Positions 35,176 to 47,682 of a DNA stretch of 51,036 nucleotides are shown piece by piece. A model generated the notes under the pieces. The model saw nothing but the letters and a program-made list of their open reading frames with translations. It did not search any database and was not told where the DNA came from. Position numbers and translations under genes: made by a program. The stretch comes from Octopus bimaculoides (lineage: Eukaryota). The stretch lies in assembly GCF_001194135.2 (NCBI RefSeq), contig NC_068983.1, positions 65,333,621 to 65,384,656 of the forward strand, read 5' to 3'. Every line of letters begins with the position of its first letter. Position 1 is the stretch's first letter.

Positions 35176-37619
35176 GTGCTGAGATTTGTTATATTATAGT
35201 GAGTTGCAGAATGGTCCTTCCATAAAATCGAATAGATTTTAAATTTATTATATTTCATTAAATGACGTTGATAGCAACTACACACATTTCAGTTTATTTT
35301 TCCATTTTAAAAACGTGAGAGTTAAACGATTTTCAGAAAAATGTTTATATACGATGCAACCGTTCTTTTCCTGTCTGTCTTAGATCCGTTTTTGACAACA
35401 GATAATAACTTATAATTACAGCTAAATTATAGCTATACATTATATTCGCTTATTTTATATTCTTTTGAAGACATATTTCCCTTTCTATAATAATTTTCTG
35501 TTAGATATCATTTTTTGGTAAATGTACATGAGTATTTTATGCATTTACCTCATGTCGGTAGAAATGCTTTCTTTTGTTCTATGAGGAAATTAATTTTTAT
35601 TATATAAAAAATACATGATTTAGCATTGTATTTTAATAACTGTCATATAGCGTATATTCTATATCATCCGTGTGTATATATTGCATTGATGATAACCTCT
35701 AATTTGTAGTTCAGAGGAAAAGATAAATAATATGTCAAATTATTTATAAATATTTTCACCCAAGTAACAAATTTTTAATCGGTTTTATAAATGTAATGAA
35801 ATAACTTGCATATTGCGGAGATTATTTTAAAAAATATATTATGCAACAATGATAATCTGCATTATGTATCGTATTTTATTTCTAGTCAAAGGAAAATATT
35901 TCGTAAATCATTTTTAGAATGATTTACGTCAGAATATTGTAGTAGATTTTGAAATTTCTCAAGTTCACAGTAATGTCTATGCATATGATGAACTCTGAGA
36001 CTGATAAAGATTGATTATTAATTCATCAAACCACATCCAGTGCAAAATTCAATCGGCATGGCACACCTTAATTTTTATCTTTAACTCAATCTGAAGACCT
36101 AAAATCTAGATGTGGTACAGAATTGTTCAGTATAAGTGATAATGGAACATGGCAAATGAGAATATCACATTGAAAAATATTTATATAACATTTATATAAC
36201 ATTTAAAAGATCCATAATTAGTTCTGATGCAATATTTAAGAAGGGTTACCTTTATGAAATGATATTTATTGATAACTACTGGCAAATAATGTGAAATCGA
36301 CAAACACTAATCGAAGCAGTCTTAATAATTAAGTTATAATATAAATAGATAGGCATAGCCTGCGGCAATACTAGTCCACTTACAAACGTGGATCAGCCAA
36401 GACGTGCTGGCATTATGCCCGGAATATAGCCAAGGCATTTCTTCTTTTGCCAAAACTATGAAATGTTATAGATTTAAACCGTATTTTTCTAACATATTCC
36501 TTTGTTCCATATTTGTGTAAATCGATAACTTTCTAGACTGCATATCGCATGTCATTCTATTATTTTTGCATCGTTAAATATCGCCTCTTTTCTTATTCCC
36601 ACATCACGATAGATATAATATAAGCTTAATGTTATTTAATATGATTTTTTCCCTATTTCCAGCAAAGTAAATGGAATGAGTCAATGAGTAAGTTAGTTTT
36701 ATTGGAATATCAGTGGAGTGTGGAAGCCAATGGGAGAGATATAATGTTTTATCTCACATATTCATACAAATTAAAACATTAACGTTTTGAAATATTTATC
36801 ACGTTCCAACGATCTCTATTTTCTAACAATACACGATATAATGTATCATTTCACTTGGCATTCTTTTGATGTCTTTTCCAGCAATATTAGCGACAGATGT
36901 GGAAGTGAAATATTATGGAATACTTACGGCTTCCATAGAGAGTTTAAGAAAGATCTAGGATTTAGCTGTATGTCCACTGATGTATGATACAGTATAGCTT
37001 TGACAATTTTTCATTATTTAAATAATATTTAACCATCAAAGGCTTCACACTTATCTAAAAATCATGCTGAATCTCTGACTACTATTCCATTTCTATATCT
37101 CTGTACACTCTTAGATGGTTGAATATATATTATATTTTGCTTGATTACAATAACGATGGGTAAAAAATGATATTCCAGTCTTAACTTTTGTGCACATTTG
37201 TATGTAGTCACCATCAAAAAGAATACATGAATTTTTATCCGCAGTAACAGAATGGAACTATTTTAGTGATAACATTGTTAATAATGTTACAAGAGTAATA
37301 GTAATGACCATAAAATTGTATAGCTTCCCACCAAGGCATTGGAAACCCTTGTTGAGATACAAGTTATCTGTTTTTACTCTGCCACTTCTATTAAGACTAC
37401 AGATTCTTAAAAGTGTCTCTGAATTCTCAGTATTTATAATCGTGAATCGCTAACGTCCATACTCTATAAAAAATATTATTTAATATCGACCATTTGTATT
37501 TATTTGATCGTCAAACAAATATCTCATCTTATATATCACAATAAATACTACACACTCTAACGTTTCCTAAAGTTTTAATTTTCTTGATATATTTTGACTT
37601 CACCACCCCGTAGGTTTTT

Positions 37620-37670
37620 TTTTCCTGTAGTTTCAGCTCAGAGCTGCGGCCATGTTGATGCACCGCAGTT
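37620..37670 (-). mobile_element. SINE 3'-end fragment (family-2-like tail)
   Basis: gtttcagctcagagctgcggccatgttgatgcaccgc resembles 12075-12112 (gtttcagtcattttgactgcggccatgctgaagtacagc). Confidence 0.55.
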
Positions 37671-39319
37671 TATTCAAGTTACTAGGCATGGCAACTCTTA
37701 CATATTTAACTATATTATTAAAAATGACATGTTGACTCTGACAACTTAGAAGAAACTGATTTGTTTTCTTCTCTGGATAAAACAATGAATTCGCTCAACC
37801 TATATTAAATGGCTGCTTTCATCACATTCTACAGCATTATACTCTATTTTCCTAATATCTTTAAGTTTATCAACTTTGCATTACGTAGATATTTATATCA
37901 AGTTGACATTAATATTGTATATTTGATAGTTAAAGTGTCTTATGATGGCATTTCTTTTCACGAACCCCTCCAAATCGTAACACCCACATAATCCCGATCT
38001 GCATCTACATTCTATTCACGTATTTGCAAGGAAGACAAAATGCCGCTCCCTGAATAGAATTACGATCAATTGTAGAAGAAGCGAATTGATTTCTGAAGTA
38101 TCTCAGAACTAGTTCGCTTCACGTATTTCAATGAAATTTCGCTTCACCTGGTGCATTTTTTCTCAAATTAACTCCATTTTATATGCGTGAATTAACTTCC
38201 TAATATAACATTTGAGACACTCTTTAGAAACGATTTGAAGTTTCTGTGATTCATATGAAATCTATGTAAATACAATTGTCTAATTTCCTATTTCACAAAT
38301 TATTTTTCTAGAAACATGAGTTCATGTTTTGCTGAAGGACAATCATGCATCATCCGTTTCCAGCCGATTGTCGAGGTTCAAACCAAAGCATACACAAACA
38401 TCATGAAATTAATATTCATTGTACTACATATTTTCATTAATGATTTTATTTGTTCCAAATTTTTGGCTAATATCACAACCGATTTTGCCGTCATCTTTAT
38501 TATTGCGATTATTATAGTAGGTACCTAGATAACGGTTAATGTTTCTTTTTACTATTGCTATTGGAAACTATGTTTGTAGTTTTGACTCGTCCGTATTACT
38601 GCTAATGCTGGAATAACCGCTCCAATTTTCTCAACATTTAGCAAAAATCAATTGTACACAATAACTGCTAATTTTATATTAATTAGCTACCATCAGGCAC
38701 AATGCAACTATTTTGACATGATTTTCCGGTAACTTACAAAACAATGAAGAATTCTCACAACTTCGTTACATACTTGTTTTAGTTTAGTTTATTTCGTATC
38801 TATTGCTGATCCCCAGGAAGCAAAAAACAGGCATTGTACACTCTTGCCGTGACCTGATCAATACTCCCAAAGTAAAACGTTATCTATAGTTTCATCATCA
38901 ACTAAAAGAGGAACCACCACCCTTTCCACCAACTCCACCAGCATAGTTTCTCTCCCTGAATGTGAACATTGAATATATGCAACATACGAACGCCACACAG
39001 AAGATGCATGCTCCCCTGACAAATTACCTCAGCACATATACCCAGAATATAATATAATATAATATATATAATGCAAAGTCACCATCCAACACGGTCTTTT
39101 TTCCCGAAGGTCAAACTCAAGGTATATAATCACAGAAAATCTTTCACCGAAAAGTAACGCCCCTTGGTTTATTTTTCTCTTTAGGAGACTTTTTTGTGAA
39201 ATCCTGAGATTCTTTGTGTTCGCATCCAAAAGGAAGAAAAACACCATCTCTCTTTGTTTTTCTTAATATTAAACCAATGGTAGCCTTAATACATAAATAA
39301 CGAAAATTTACTCACCAAT

Positions 39320-39729
39320 GCCGATTTGAGCACACATTCTAATTTGTTAAATATTTACACAAGTGTCAAATTCTCCTGCACTATTTCCAACACTACCGTC
39401 GCTTTTCTCGACATTGCGATCAGCATTCATCGCTCCACTCTCACCAACTCCATCCACTACAAACACACAAACTCACACTCATACCTCAACTTCTCCTCCG
39501 CCCACCCCAAACACACTAGGCTCTCCACCCCCTACTCCAATTCCTCCGTCTGCGCTGGCTACGCAGGGAAAACCATGGCTTTGAGACTCAGTCTAAACTC
39601 CTGGCTCGCCATTTTATCCTTTGTAGATATCCCCTCACCACAATTCACACCGCCCTTTCCATCTGCTCTCTCTCTATCCCCGCGCCCGCCCCACCGTCAT
39701 CTGTCTACCGTTTTCCCTCACCTACAACC
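39320..39729 (+). mobile_element. Penelope-like element RT-thumb fragment, third (C-rich) lineage
   Basis: VKFSCTISNTTVAFLDIAISI..TNSIHYKHTNSHSYLNFSSAHP..PYSQFLRLR, truncated by the gap. Confidence 0.88.
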
Positions 39730-40255
39730 NNNNNNNNNNNNNNNNNNNNNNNNNNNNNNNNNNNNNNNNNNNNNNNNNNNNNNNNNNNNNNNNNNNNNNN
39801 NNNNNNNNNNNNNNNNNNNNNNNNNNNNNNNNNNNNNNNNNNNNNNNNNNNNNNNNNNNNNNNNNNNNNNNNNNNNNNNNNNNNNNNNNNNNNNNNNNNN
39901 NNNNNNNNNNNNNNNNNNNNNNNNNNNNNNNNNNNNNNNNNNNNNNNNNNNNNNNNNNNNNNNNNNNNNNNNNNNNNNNNNNNNNNNNNNNNNNNNNNNN
40001 NNNNNNNNNNNNNNNNNNNNNNNNNNNNNNNNNNNNNNNNNNNNNNNNNNNNNNNNNNNNNNNNNNNNNNNNNNNNNNNNNNNNNNNNNNNNNNNNNNNN
40101 NNNNNNNNNNNNNNNNNNNNNNNNNNNNNNNNNNNNNNNNNNNNNNNNNNNNNNNNNNNNNNNNNNNNNNNNNNNNNNNNNNNNNNNNNNNNNNNNNNNN
40201 NNNNNNNNNNNNNNNNNNNNNNNNNNNNNNNNNNNNNNNNNNNNNNNNNNNNNNN

Positions 40256-40286
<31 letters not shown>

Positions 40287-40289
<3 letters not shown>

Positions 40290-40430
40290 AAAATAGGCAA
40301 CAAGGATATCCAAACTTAATGCAGTACGGTCGTTTCATGTGATTCCATTTAATTAAGCAATGTGAACATTACATCTAATATAAAATGCAGAGCAATGCTT
40401 ATTTTGGATATCCTTGTTGTTTAGTTTGAC
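40287..40430. mobile_element. MITE-like element with 28-bp terminal inverted repeats
   Basis: gtcaaaataggcaacaaggatatccaaa (40287-40314) versus the reverse complement of 40403-40430, gtcaaactaaacaacaaggatatccaaa: 25/28 match. The left flank is (TA)n. Confidence 0.7.
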
Positions 40431-40754
40431 TTTAATCACCTTATTTCGAAATTCTATGGATAATTCCGTACCTTATTCTGGTGCATTAGCTTAAGTACCA
40501 TATTCACCTGAATCTATATATATATATATTTATGAAGTGTCAGCTAAAGGATGAAAAGCATGTCAGGTTTGCGATGCACGTTCTACAATTAAACAGATTG
40601 TCTTCTAACAATTTTCTAAAGAGTCCCCCCTTGTCTGACTCTACCCCATTTACCGTGATGAGTCCAACAATGAAGAGCTACAACCATTAGCTCGTCTTTC
40701 TAACGCAAGCAGTGACCAAAGTACCTCACCCATTGCGTTCGTATTCTTTCTCTT

Positions 40755-40767
40755 ACACACACACATA

Positions 40768-40865
<98 letters not shown>
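40755..40865. repeat. (CA)n(TA)n microsatellite
   Basis: Seen directly in the sequence. Confidence 0.95.
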
Positions 40866-40925
40866 AGTATTATTTGATTACTCATTTACAGTATTATTAT
40901 TGTCATTGTTGTTATTATATTAAGT

Positions 40926-41132
40926 CTGTGAGCTACCAGAATAGTTAGCACCTCGAACAAACTGCTTTGCGGCACCTCTGGTGTTACGATCTGAGATCAA
41001 ATACTACTGATATCGACTCAGTCTTTCATCGTTTTGTAGTCGATAACATGAGAACCAGTTGAGTTCTGCGTTCGATAAAATCGACTAACCAGTCCTCAAA
41101 ACATCGGACCTTGTGGCTATAGTGGAAATAAT
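40926..41132 (+). mobile_element. tRNA-derived SINE, family 1 (degenerate)
   Basis: gagctaccagaatagttagca..ttacgatctgagatcaaat..ctttcatc..gtcgataa..accagttgag..cgact aligns with the other family-1 copies. Confidence 0.7.
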
Positions 41133-42304
41133 TAGTAATTTGTCTTCACAAACGAAGTAATAATGTTTTCCTTCTAGAATTCAGCTGATAAATTCGTTTT
41201 AAATAATGAAGTTTTATTTACGATCATGCCTTAATGCTTTTCAAATTATATTAATACAACATAGTTCAAATTATTCACTTGTCCTAGGATGCTGTATTAT
41301 GCGGTTCAAATCCATTTTATAAGTTATTTGATCTGCCTGTCAGGTAAAAACAATAAATCGTGTTTTGGATTTCTTATATATCTGCATCTATGTCTTTATA
41401 TAGCGGGAAAAAGGAAAATGTAAAATAATTTAAAGATATTGCAGTATAATTAGAACCATTTATCAATATGAACATTTAATAAAGATGACAAGAAAAGTAA
41501 CATACAATTTTGAATTTAAATGATGTAACATTAAATGTTTATTATTTATAATTTCAGACTCTGCAATAAATGAGATCCAAAAGAAATTTTCCTTTTGTAT
41601 CTTATATTTGTTATTGCGCTTAAATAGATTACGAGTATATTATTTATGCTATAAAAGAGCCGTTAAAGATGGCTGTAACATTCATCATATTGAGTTTCAA
41701 GCGAATTACACTAAATGTAAGTTAATCTAATCCGTCATATTTATTATGATTTTCTACAAGAAAAGTTGAGCAACGCTGTGATTTGAATTGCTGCAGTAAT
41801 GATAGTAATTTCAAAGTTGTAATTAATCTGCAAAAACTGAAGAGAATGCAAATAGATAAAGGTTAAATAATGACACATGTAGATTATTTCATAAAGAAGT
41901 TTATGAAATTGTTATAGAGCTATACCTTCCTTTGTAGGAAACATGTTCTATATTGATTTGATGTTGAAATAGATTTGTCAAAAGCCAAATGATAGTTTAA
42001 ACCCTTTAATAGTACACAGGCCCTGTATGGTTCCTGTTACGATAATTTAAGTATTTTTTTTTATAATTAGATTCGTATTGAATACATTTCTGTATTGAAA
42101 GAAGGACCCCAATCTGCATGTTTCAAACGGGAAAGTGTTTACCAGAAGGACACTTGTAATTAATAATATTTCAGATATGCGTAGTATTTCCATTAAAACT
42201 TTGACTAAGGGAAAACTGTTGAAAATGATTTGTTGAAAATTGTGAAAATAAATGTATATGTATAGGTGTGTATGTACATGTATGTGTGTGTTTATATATG
42301 GGTG

Positions 42305-42480
42305 TAGGCTGATGACATCATTCTTCTATCTTCTGCACCGAAAGAAATCTAGAGACTCAATGAAGTTGAAGCATTGGTGTAAACTTTGGTGTGGCCATGA
42401 AATTCTGTTAATCTGAAGAACTAGCCCTCTATAACTGCACTGATTTACAAATGTGCAATCATACTGTAGAGCATGTGTAT
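42305..42480 (+). mobile_element. RTE-like LINE RT fragment
   Basis: ADDIILLSSAPKEI*RLNEVEA..MCNHTVEHV resembles the post-YADD region of RTE-type RTs. Confidence 0.5.
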
Positions 42481-42672
42481 CATGTATATTGTTACAAACA
42501 TGTAAAATAATTTATTATACACTGAAATTATAATTACGTAATGAAGGTTGCGAAATAGCCGTCATTCTAAAGATATCAAGTACTTAAATGAACATATTCA
42601 CCTCCAATACCTACTGATATCTTATGATCCATATATATATATATATATATATATATCAGTGAAGAATTTCAC

Positions 42673-42725
<53 letters not shown>

Positions 42726-44148
42726 CCATAAAAAAATGTGTGTTGTGGTGTTGTGTGTGTGTGCGTGTACATAATCACACACATATATATGTGTATATTG
42801 AGCATAGCAAAGAACTGTCTTGGGCTTTCGAGAAGTTCAATGAAATATCAGTAGTATCAACAAGCGTAAGATAGCTAGGCTCTTCACTGTCTAAGATAAT
42901 TTTTTAATAACCATCTTGTCTTCTTTAAAAGTGTATTGTTTTTTGTGTTTGATATAACGTGCTTTATGTATTATAGAACCGTAACCGAGACGATTCTAAC
43001 ATGTAAAAATTGTATTTCTACTAAACATTAAACAAAGCAGTAGCTCTGAAGAGTCTCTGTTACTGAATATTAGATATAATGTTCTTTATGAAATACTGGC
43101 AATAAAATTAACAGCAGCTCTGATACGTTGCGCATTTCCAGAGTAACAGTAACACTACACTACACATTCTTTCCACCTTAATGTTGTTGTTCTTGTCATT
43201 CTCACACTTTCATTTATCTGCACTACATAAATGTATTTTGTCACCTCTTCTACAAAAGCCTCACTTCAGCATTCTTAAAGATACTTCCATCATGTCACAT
43301 CAATCAAATGGAATCTCATACGACTCCAGTGATTATATCCCACAACTATCATCATAAATATTAATACAACAGTATACAATTTCATCCGCATAACTGTGTA
43401 ATTTCGCTTCCAAGAGAAATCCATGCACACGATTTCTCTGCATCCTAAAAAAAAAATAACTCTCCAGCATTTATCCCGCTCTTAGTAGTTTCAAAGTAGG
43501 CTTATATATTTTGATAGAGAGCGGTTCGTAACTACAATTTATGCATAAATGAATTTCTACACAAATAGCGTTCTCTCTATAAAACTATCTAAAATTCTAC
43601 AGAAAAGTTTCCTCAAAATTTTTAGGTGAGCTCTTATTTATGCGTGAGTAGTGTCGCGGCATTCATAAGTATTCAGGAAGCCATTTGGCTGAGTACTAAA
43701 GATGTATTTACCAATATACTAATCCTACTAAGCAGACGCATTATGTCTTTATCTGTACGTAGCTTTTTTGTTTCCTCTTCTGAACTAACTAGTAAAATGC
43801 AATGTATTCTCTCTATGATCTAATAGAACAACCTATTTAGGTTTAACTTCCATGTTCTGTTTCTATCTCAAAACAAATACTGCTGCAAACAGTACTCCAA
43901 GCCACCAAGGAATCTCCACTGGCAGATGGTCTTAGTTTTTATTAATGTCTTATATTGTTCAGATTATTGAATATGATTTTTAAAAGTATTATTTTTACGA
44001 GTCTTCTAACACTGATCATCCAAATATCAGGCAGGATATCCAAAATTGCGACGACAAAATGTTAACGAAATTTGAATGTTTTATTTTGTTGTTTATTTTT
44101 CTTAGAGGCCGAGGGAGGACCTTTCTACGTACTTAAAAAATACAAATA

Positions 44149-44188
44149 ATATTTATCTGCATATTTATCTGCATATTTATCTGCATAT
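44149..44188. repeat. 12-bp tandem repeat, 3.3 copies
   Basis: atatttatctgc x3 plus atat. Confidence 0.9.
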
Positions 44189-44759
44189 GGGTGTCTCTTT
44201 TACACACACACACACATACACACACACACACACNNNNNNNNNNNNNNNNNNNNNNNNNNNNNNNNNNNNNNNNNNNNNNNNNNNNNNNNNNNNNNNNNNN
44301 NNNNNNNNNNNNNNNNNNNNNNNNNNNNNNNNNNNNNNNNNNNNNNNNNNNNNNNNNNNNNNNNNNNNNNNNNNNNNNNNNNNNNNNNNNNNNNNNNNNN
44401 NNNNNNNNNNNNNNNNNNNNNNNNNNNNNNNNNNNNNNNNNNNNNNNNNNNNNNNNNNNNNNNNNNNNNNNNNNNNNNNNNNNNNNNNNNNNNNNNNNNN
44501 NNNNNNNNNNNNNNNNNNNNNNNNNNNNNNNNNNNNNNNNNNNNNNNNNNNNNNNNNNNNNNNNNNNNNNNNNNNNNNNNNNNNNNNNNNNNNNNNNNNN
44601 NNNNNNNNNNNNNNNNNNNNNNNNNNNNNNNNNNNNNNNNNNNNNNNNNNNNNNNNNNNNNNNNNNNNNNNNNNNNNNNNNNNNNNNNNNNNNNNNNNNN
44701 NNNNNNNNNNNNNNNNNNNNNNNNNNNNNNNNNNNNNNNNNNNNNNTATATACGCATAC

Positions 44760-45440
44760 ACATGTTAAATAAAATGAGACAACAAAGCCATGGAATTTTC
44801 AGGACATTTATAAAGAGAAAGTTGGTCTTACAGCTGTTTCTGGGATATTAAGGATATCTCTTCATCAGAGACGATGTGAGATGGTTAAATAGAGGGAAAT
44901 AGTAGAGTTTAATGTAAGGAATTATTTTCGAAAGAGATGGAAATAAGAGAATAAATGTGACAAGAAATATATATGTAGAATGTTATACTTGCAGTTCCAT
45001 TATCCAAGGAAAGTGGTGTGTAGAAGTGGTAGTAATTATTCTTGTCCATGGTATGTAAATTCAGATAGGAGTTCGTATTTTCTCATTAAAAATGGAAAGT
45101 GTGAAGACCTAGATTCCATGTGTTGTTCATTCAAAGAGTCCTTGTTGTGTGAATGAAATTTGGAGAATGGCGTATTAAGTAGATAGAGAGGAGAGACAAG
45201 ATCTGTATGTTAAAATGAGGAGAATGGTCAAAAGGAATAAGAAACGAAAGAAAAAATAAAGAGAAAGAGAAAAGGAGAAAAGAGTTTTTGTCAGTGGTCA
45301 AGATATTATGAGGGAGAATACAGACAGAAGAATAAAGTTCATAGCTCATCTTTTTCCAGAGGTTATGGAGATTGATTCGTGCTTCCGTGAAAGTATATGC
45401 GATTAAATCCGTAAGTGTAACCCAAATTCATCTTCCACTA
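44760..45440 (-). mobile_element. Non-coding PLE pseudo-LTR-like repeat carrying a hammerhead ribozyme
   Basis: Pyrimidine-rich minus strand with no ORF, bounded by microsatellites, containing a type I hammerhead. Assignment to PLE comes from the known PLE-hammerhead association. Confidence 0.6.
44825..44872 (-). ncRNA. Type I hammerhead ribozyme (minimal, palindromic stem III)
   Basis: GUCU-CUGAUGA-AGAGAUAU-CCUUA-AUAUCCCA-GAAA-CAGCUG-UA-AGAC: intact core, stem I GUCU/AGAC, stem II 6 of 7 bp, palindrome ACAGCUGU and a GUA cleavage triplet. Confidence 0.85.
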
Positions 45441-45481
45441 TATATTCTATATGACTTGAGATACTCATCCTGTCTTTACAC

Positions 45482-45514
<33 letters not shown>

Positions 45515-45828
45515 CACAAAGACACCACACATATGCGTACGTGCATATATATAGATGCACGCATACATAAATACATACATACACACAGAAACATATCACG
45601 CGCTGTTTCAAACTAATCATAAGTATTGCATAGTATATATGTGCGCTATACATAATTACGTGCAAATATTTAAAGGTCTTCTTTACGCAGTATGCTAATT
45701 AATATAATTTATCATTGTATCCTTATGTTAATATAATCTATAATTTACTTCATTTCTTACGCACACACATGAGAGAGAGAAAGAAAGAGAGAGAGACTGT
45801 GTGTGACTGCGTTTGTGGGTACCCGCGA

Positions 45829-45866
<38 letters not shown>

Positions 45867-46152
45867 TTGTGTACGTATAAAAACAGTTGTGTGAAAATTG
45901 CAAAAAGCATAATTTCTGAGAAATAGATTTTGTTATACTGCATTCTGCTGCAATGGTTAATGAAGTAAGCGATACATCAATATATTTTGTTCCAGTAAAT
46001 GTCACTGTATAGTAATAGAATTTTCTTACAGAACCTTCGAAAATATTGGCAATTCCTTCGTGTCCATATTTCTTAATTAAGTCGACGTGGTCACGTCGCA
46101 GGTGAATGATCATAGTAAACCTTTATATAAATTGACATCTAATTAACTGTCA

Positions 46153-46193
<41 letters not shown>

Positions 46194-46228
46194 ACATACA
46201 CTCACATATATGTGTGTGTGTCTGTGTC

Positions 46229-46277
<49 letters not shown>

Positions 46278-46290
46278 GTGTGTGTGTGTG

Positions 46291-46323
<33 letters not shown>

Positions 46324-46345
46324 CTGTGTGTGTGTGTGTGTGTAT
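46153..46345. repeat. Compound (CA)n/(TG)n/(TA)n microsatellite
   Basis: Seen directly in the sequence. Confidence 0.95.
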
Positions 46346-46816
46346 TTAATTTTGTGTTCATATTGTTAGTGTTTGGTGTTTCTCAACAAATACTTAAAAT
46401 TTTCGAAACTGAAAATATGTGCAACTTGGGATATAGAAAGTCTTGAAGATTGAAAACGTAAAATCTTTCTTTTGATGCGTTATTGCATTATTTGAAGGAA
46501 TAATTGTCAAACGAATTGACAAGTTTAAATCTTAAAATAATATAACGTAATTTGAAAACACACACGCGGAGAGACGCACATGTATATATAGATATATTTG
46601 TGTGTTTGCACTTTTGTTGTCAGAAATATTCTATGACTAGTCAATGTCATATCATAACCCTTATAAATATTTATTTCTATCTTGGGAATAAGTTAATTCG
46701 CTATATTATATTGAAGATTAAACTTAAGAATATGTTACATTATAGATAATGTATAGCCAACACCTTGGGGCTATAAACTGGTTTCTTACAAACGAATATC
46801 ATTATTTGATGTACTA

Positions 46817-46972
46817 ACGGTGCTGTGCTGGCAGAGTTGCCAGTGCTGGACAAAATGCATAGCGCCGTTTTTTCCGACTTTACTTTTTGAGATCAAATAA
46901 CGGCCTAACCTACGTTGCCTTTCATCCTTTAGGTGTCGATAAAATATGCACCAGATGTGCACTGGGGTTAAG
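46817..46972 (+). mobile_element. tRNA-derived SINE, family 1
   Basis: gctggcagagtt..aaaatgcatagcg..gagatcaaat..ttgcctttcatcctttaggtgtcgataaaat..actgggg. Confidence 0.8.
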
Positions 46973-47193
46973 TATGCAGGTCTTGTGCCAAAATAAGAAC
47001 AGATAATTAGATGTATTGATGTCGGGTAAATTATAACACTTCTTCACTTCTGAATACTCGGTCTGCCAAACTGAATGCTCACTCTATCAGTCTACAACTC
47101 AAAGTTTGATAGTGATGTTATAACGTCTGAAATAAATTTGTTTTAAACAACTAACGGGAAAATGATGAATATCGTTCACTTTCTCCAGCGACA

Positions 47194-47195
<2 letters not shown>

Positions 47196-47225
<30 letters not shown>

Positions 47226-47367
47226 CTTCTTCTTCTTCTTCTTCTTCTTCTTCTTCTTCTTCTTCTTCTTCTTCTTCTTCTTCTTCTTCTTCTTCTTCTT
47301 CTTCTTCTTCTTCTTCTTCTTCTTCTTCTTCTTCTTCTTCTTCTTCTTCTTCTTCTTCTTCTTCTTC
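47196..47367. repeat. (TTC)n microsatellite, about 57 units
   Basis: Pure run abutting the 3' end of the R4 element. Confidence 0.98.
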
Positions 47368-47682
47368 AGTAGTTTTATTTTTATAACGTGCTTTCACTTC
47401 ACTACCGAGCGCAGCTCTGTGCGCCTTGGGTATGTGCTGTGGTTTGCTGTGGTGCTCTTATGTTTACTGTATTGAAAGTGTTTTGCGTAGGATGTGTGCA
47501 GTACCCAGTAGTGCAATTTTCTGTATGTTATATATATTTGTAAGTCCTGCTATTTTTGTTATGTATTTGTCTGAATATTTTTTTATTATACCTAAGGCAC
47601 CTACTATGATAGGAATTGTTTCTGTTTTTAGATTCCACATTCGAGTTATCTCTATTTCCAGGTCTTTGTATTTGTATTTTGA
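47368..47682 (-). mobile_element. R4/Dong LINE 3' end, 5'-truncated, well preserved
   Basis: Open frame KYKDLEIEITRMWNLKTETIPIIVGALGIIKK..IQKIALLGTAHILRKTLSIQ* (stop at 47464-47466) plus a 3' UTR ending aaaataaaactactg. Confidence 0.93.

Noticed and set aside
37950-39050. Slightly GC-richer stretch suggesting a very old L1/Tx1-like fragment on the minus strand
   Set aside because: No recognisable RT or endonuclease motif in the frames I read.
41559-41717. Acceptor/donor pair (tttcag ... AT|gtaagt)
   Set aside because: Closed in all frames, weak exon-side donor, no supporting signal.
43150-43445. Minus-strand LHSYADE..LRW remnant
   Set aside because: Possibly an ancient LINE RT, but two short motifs are insufficient.
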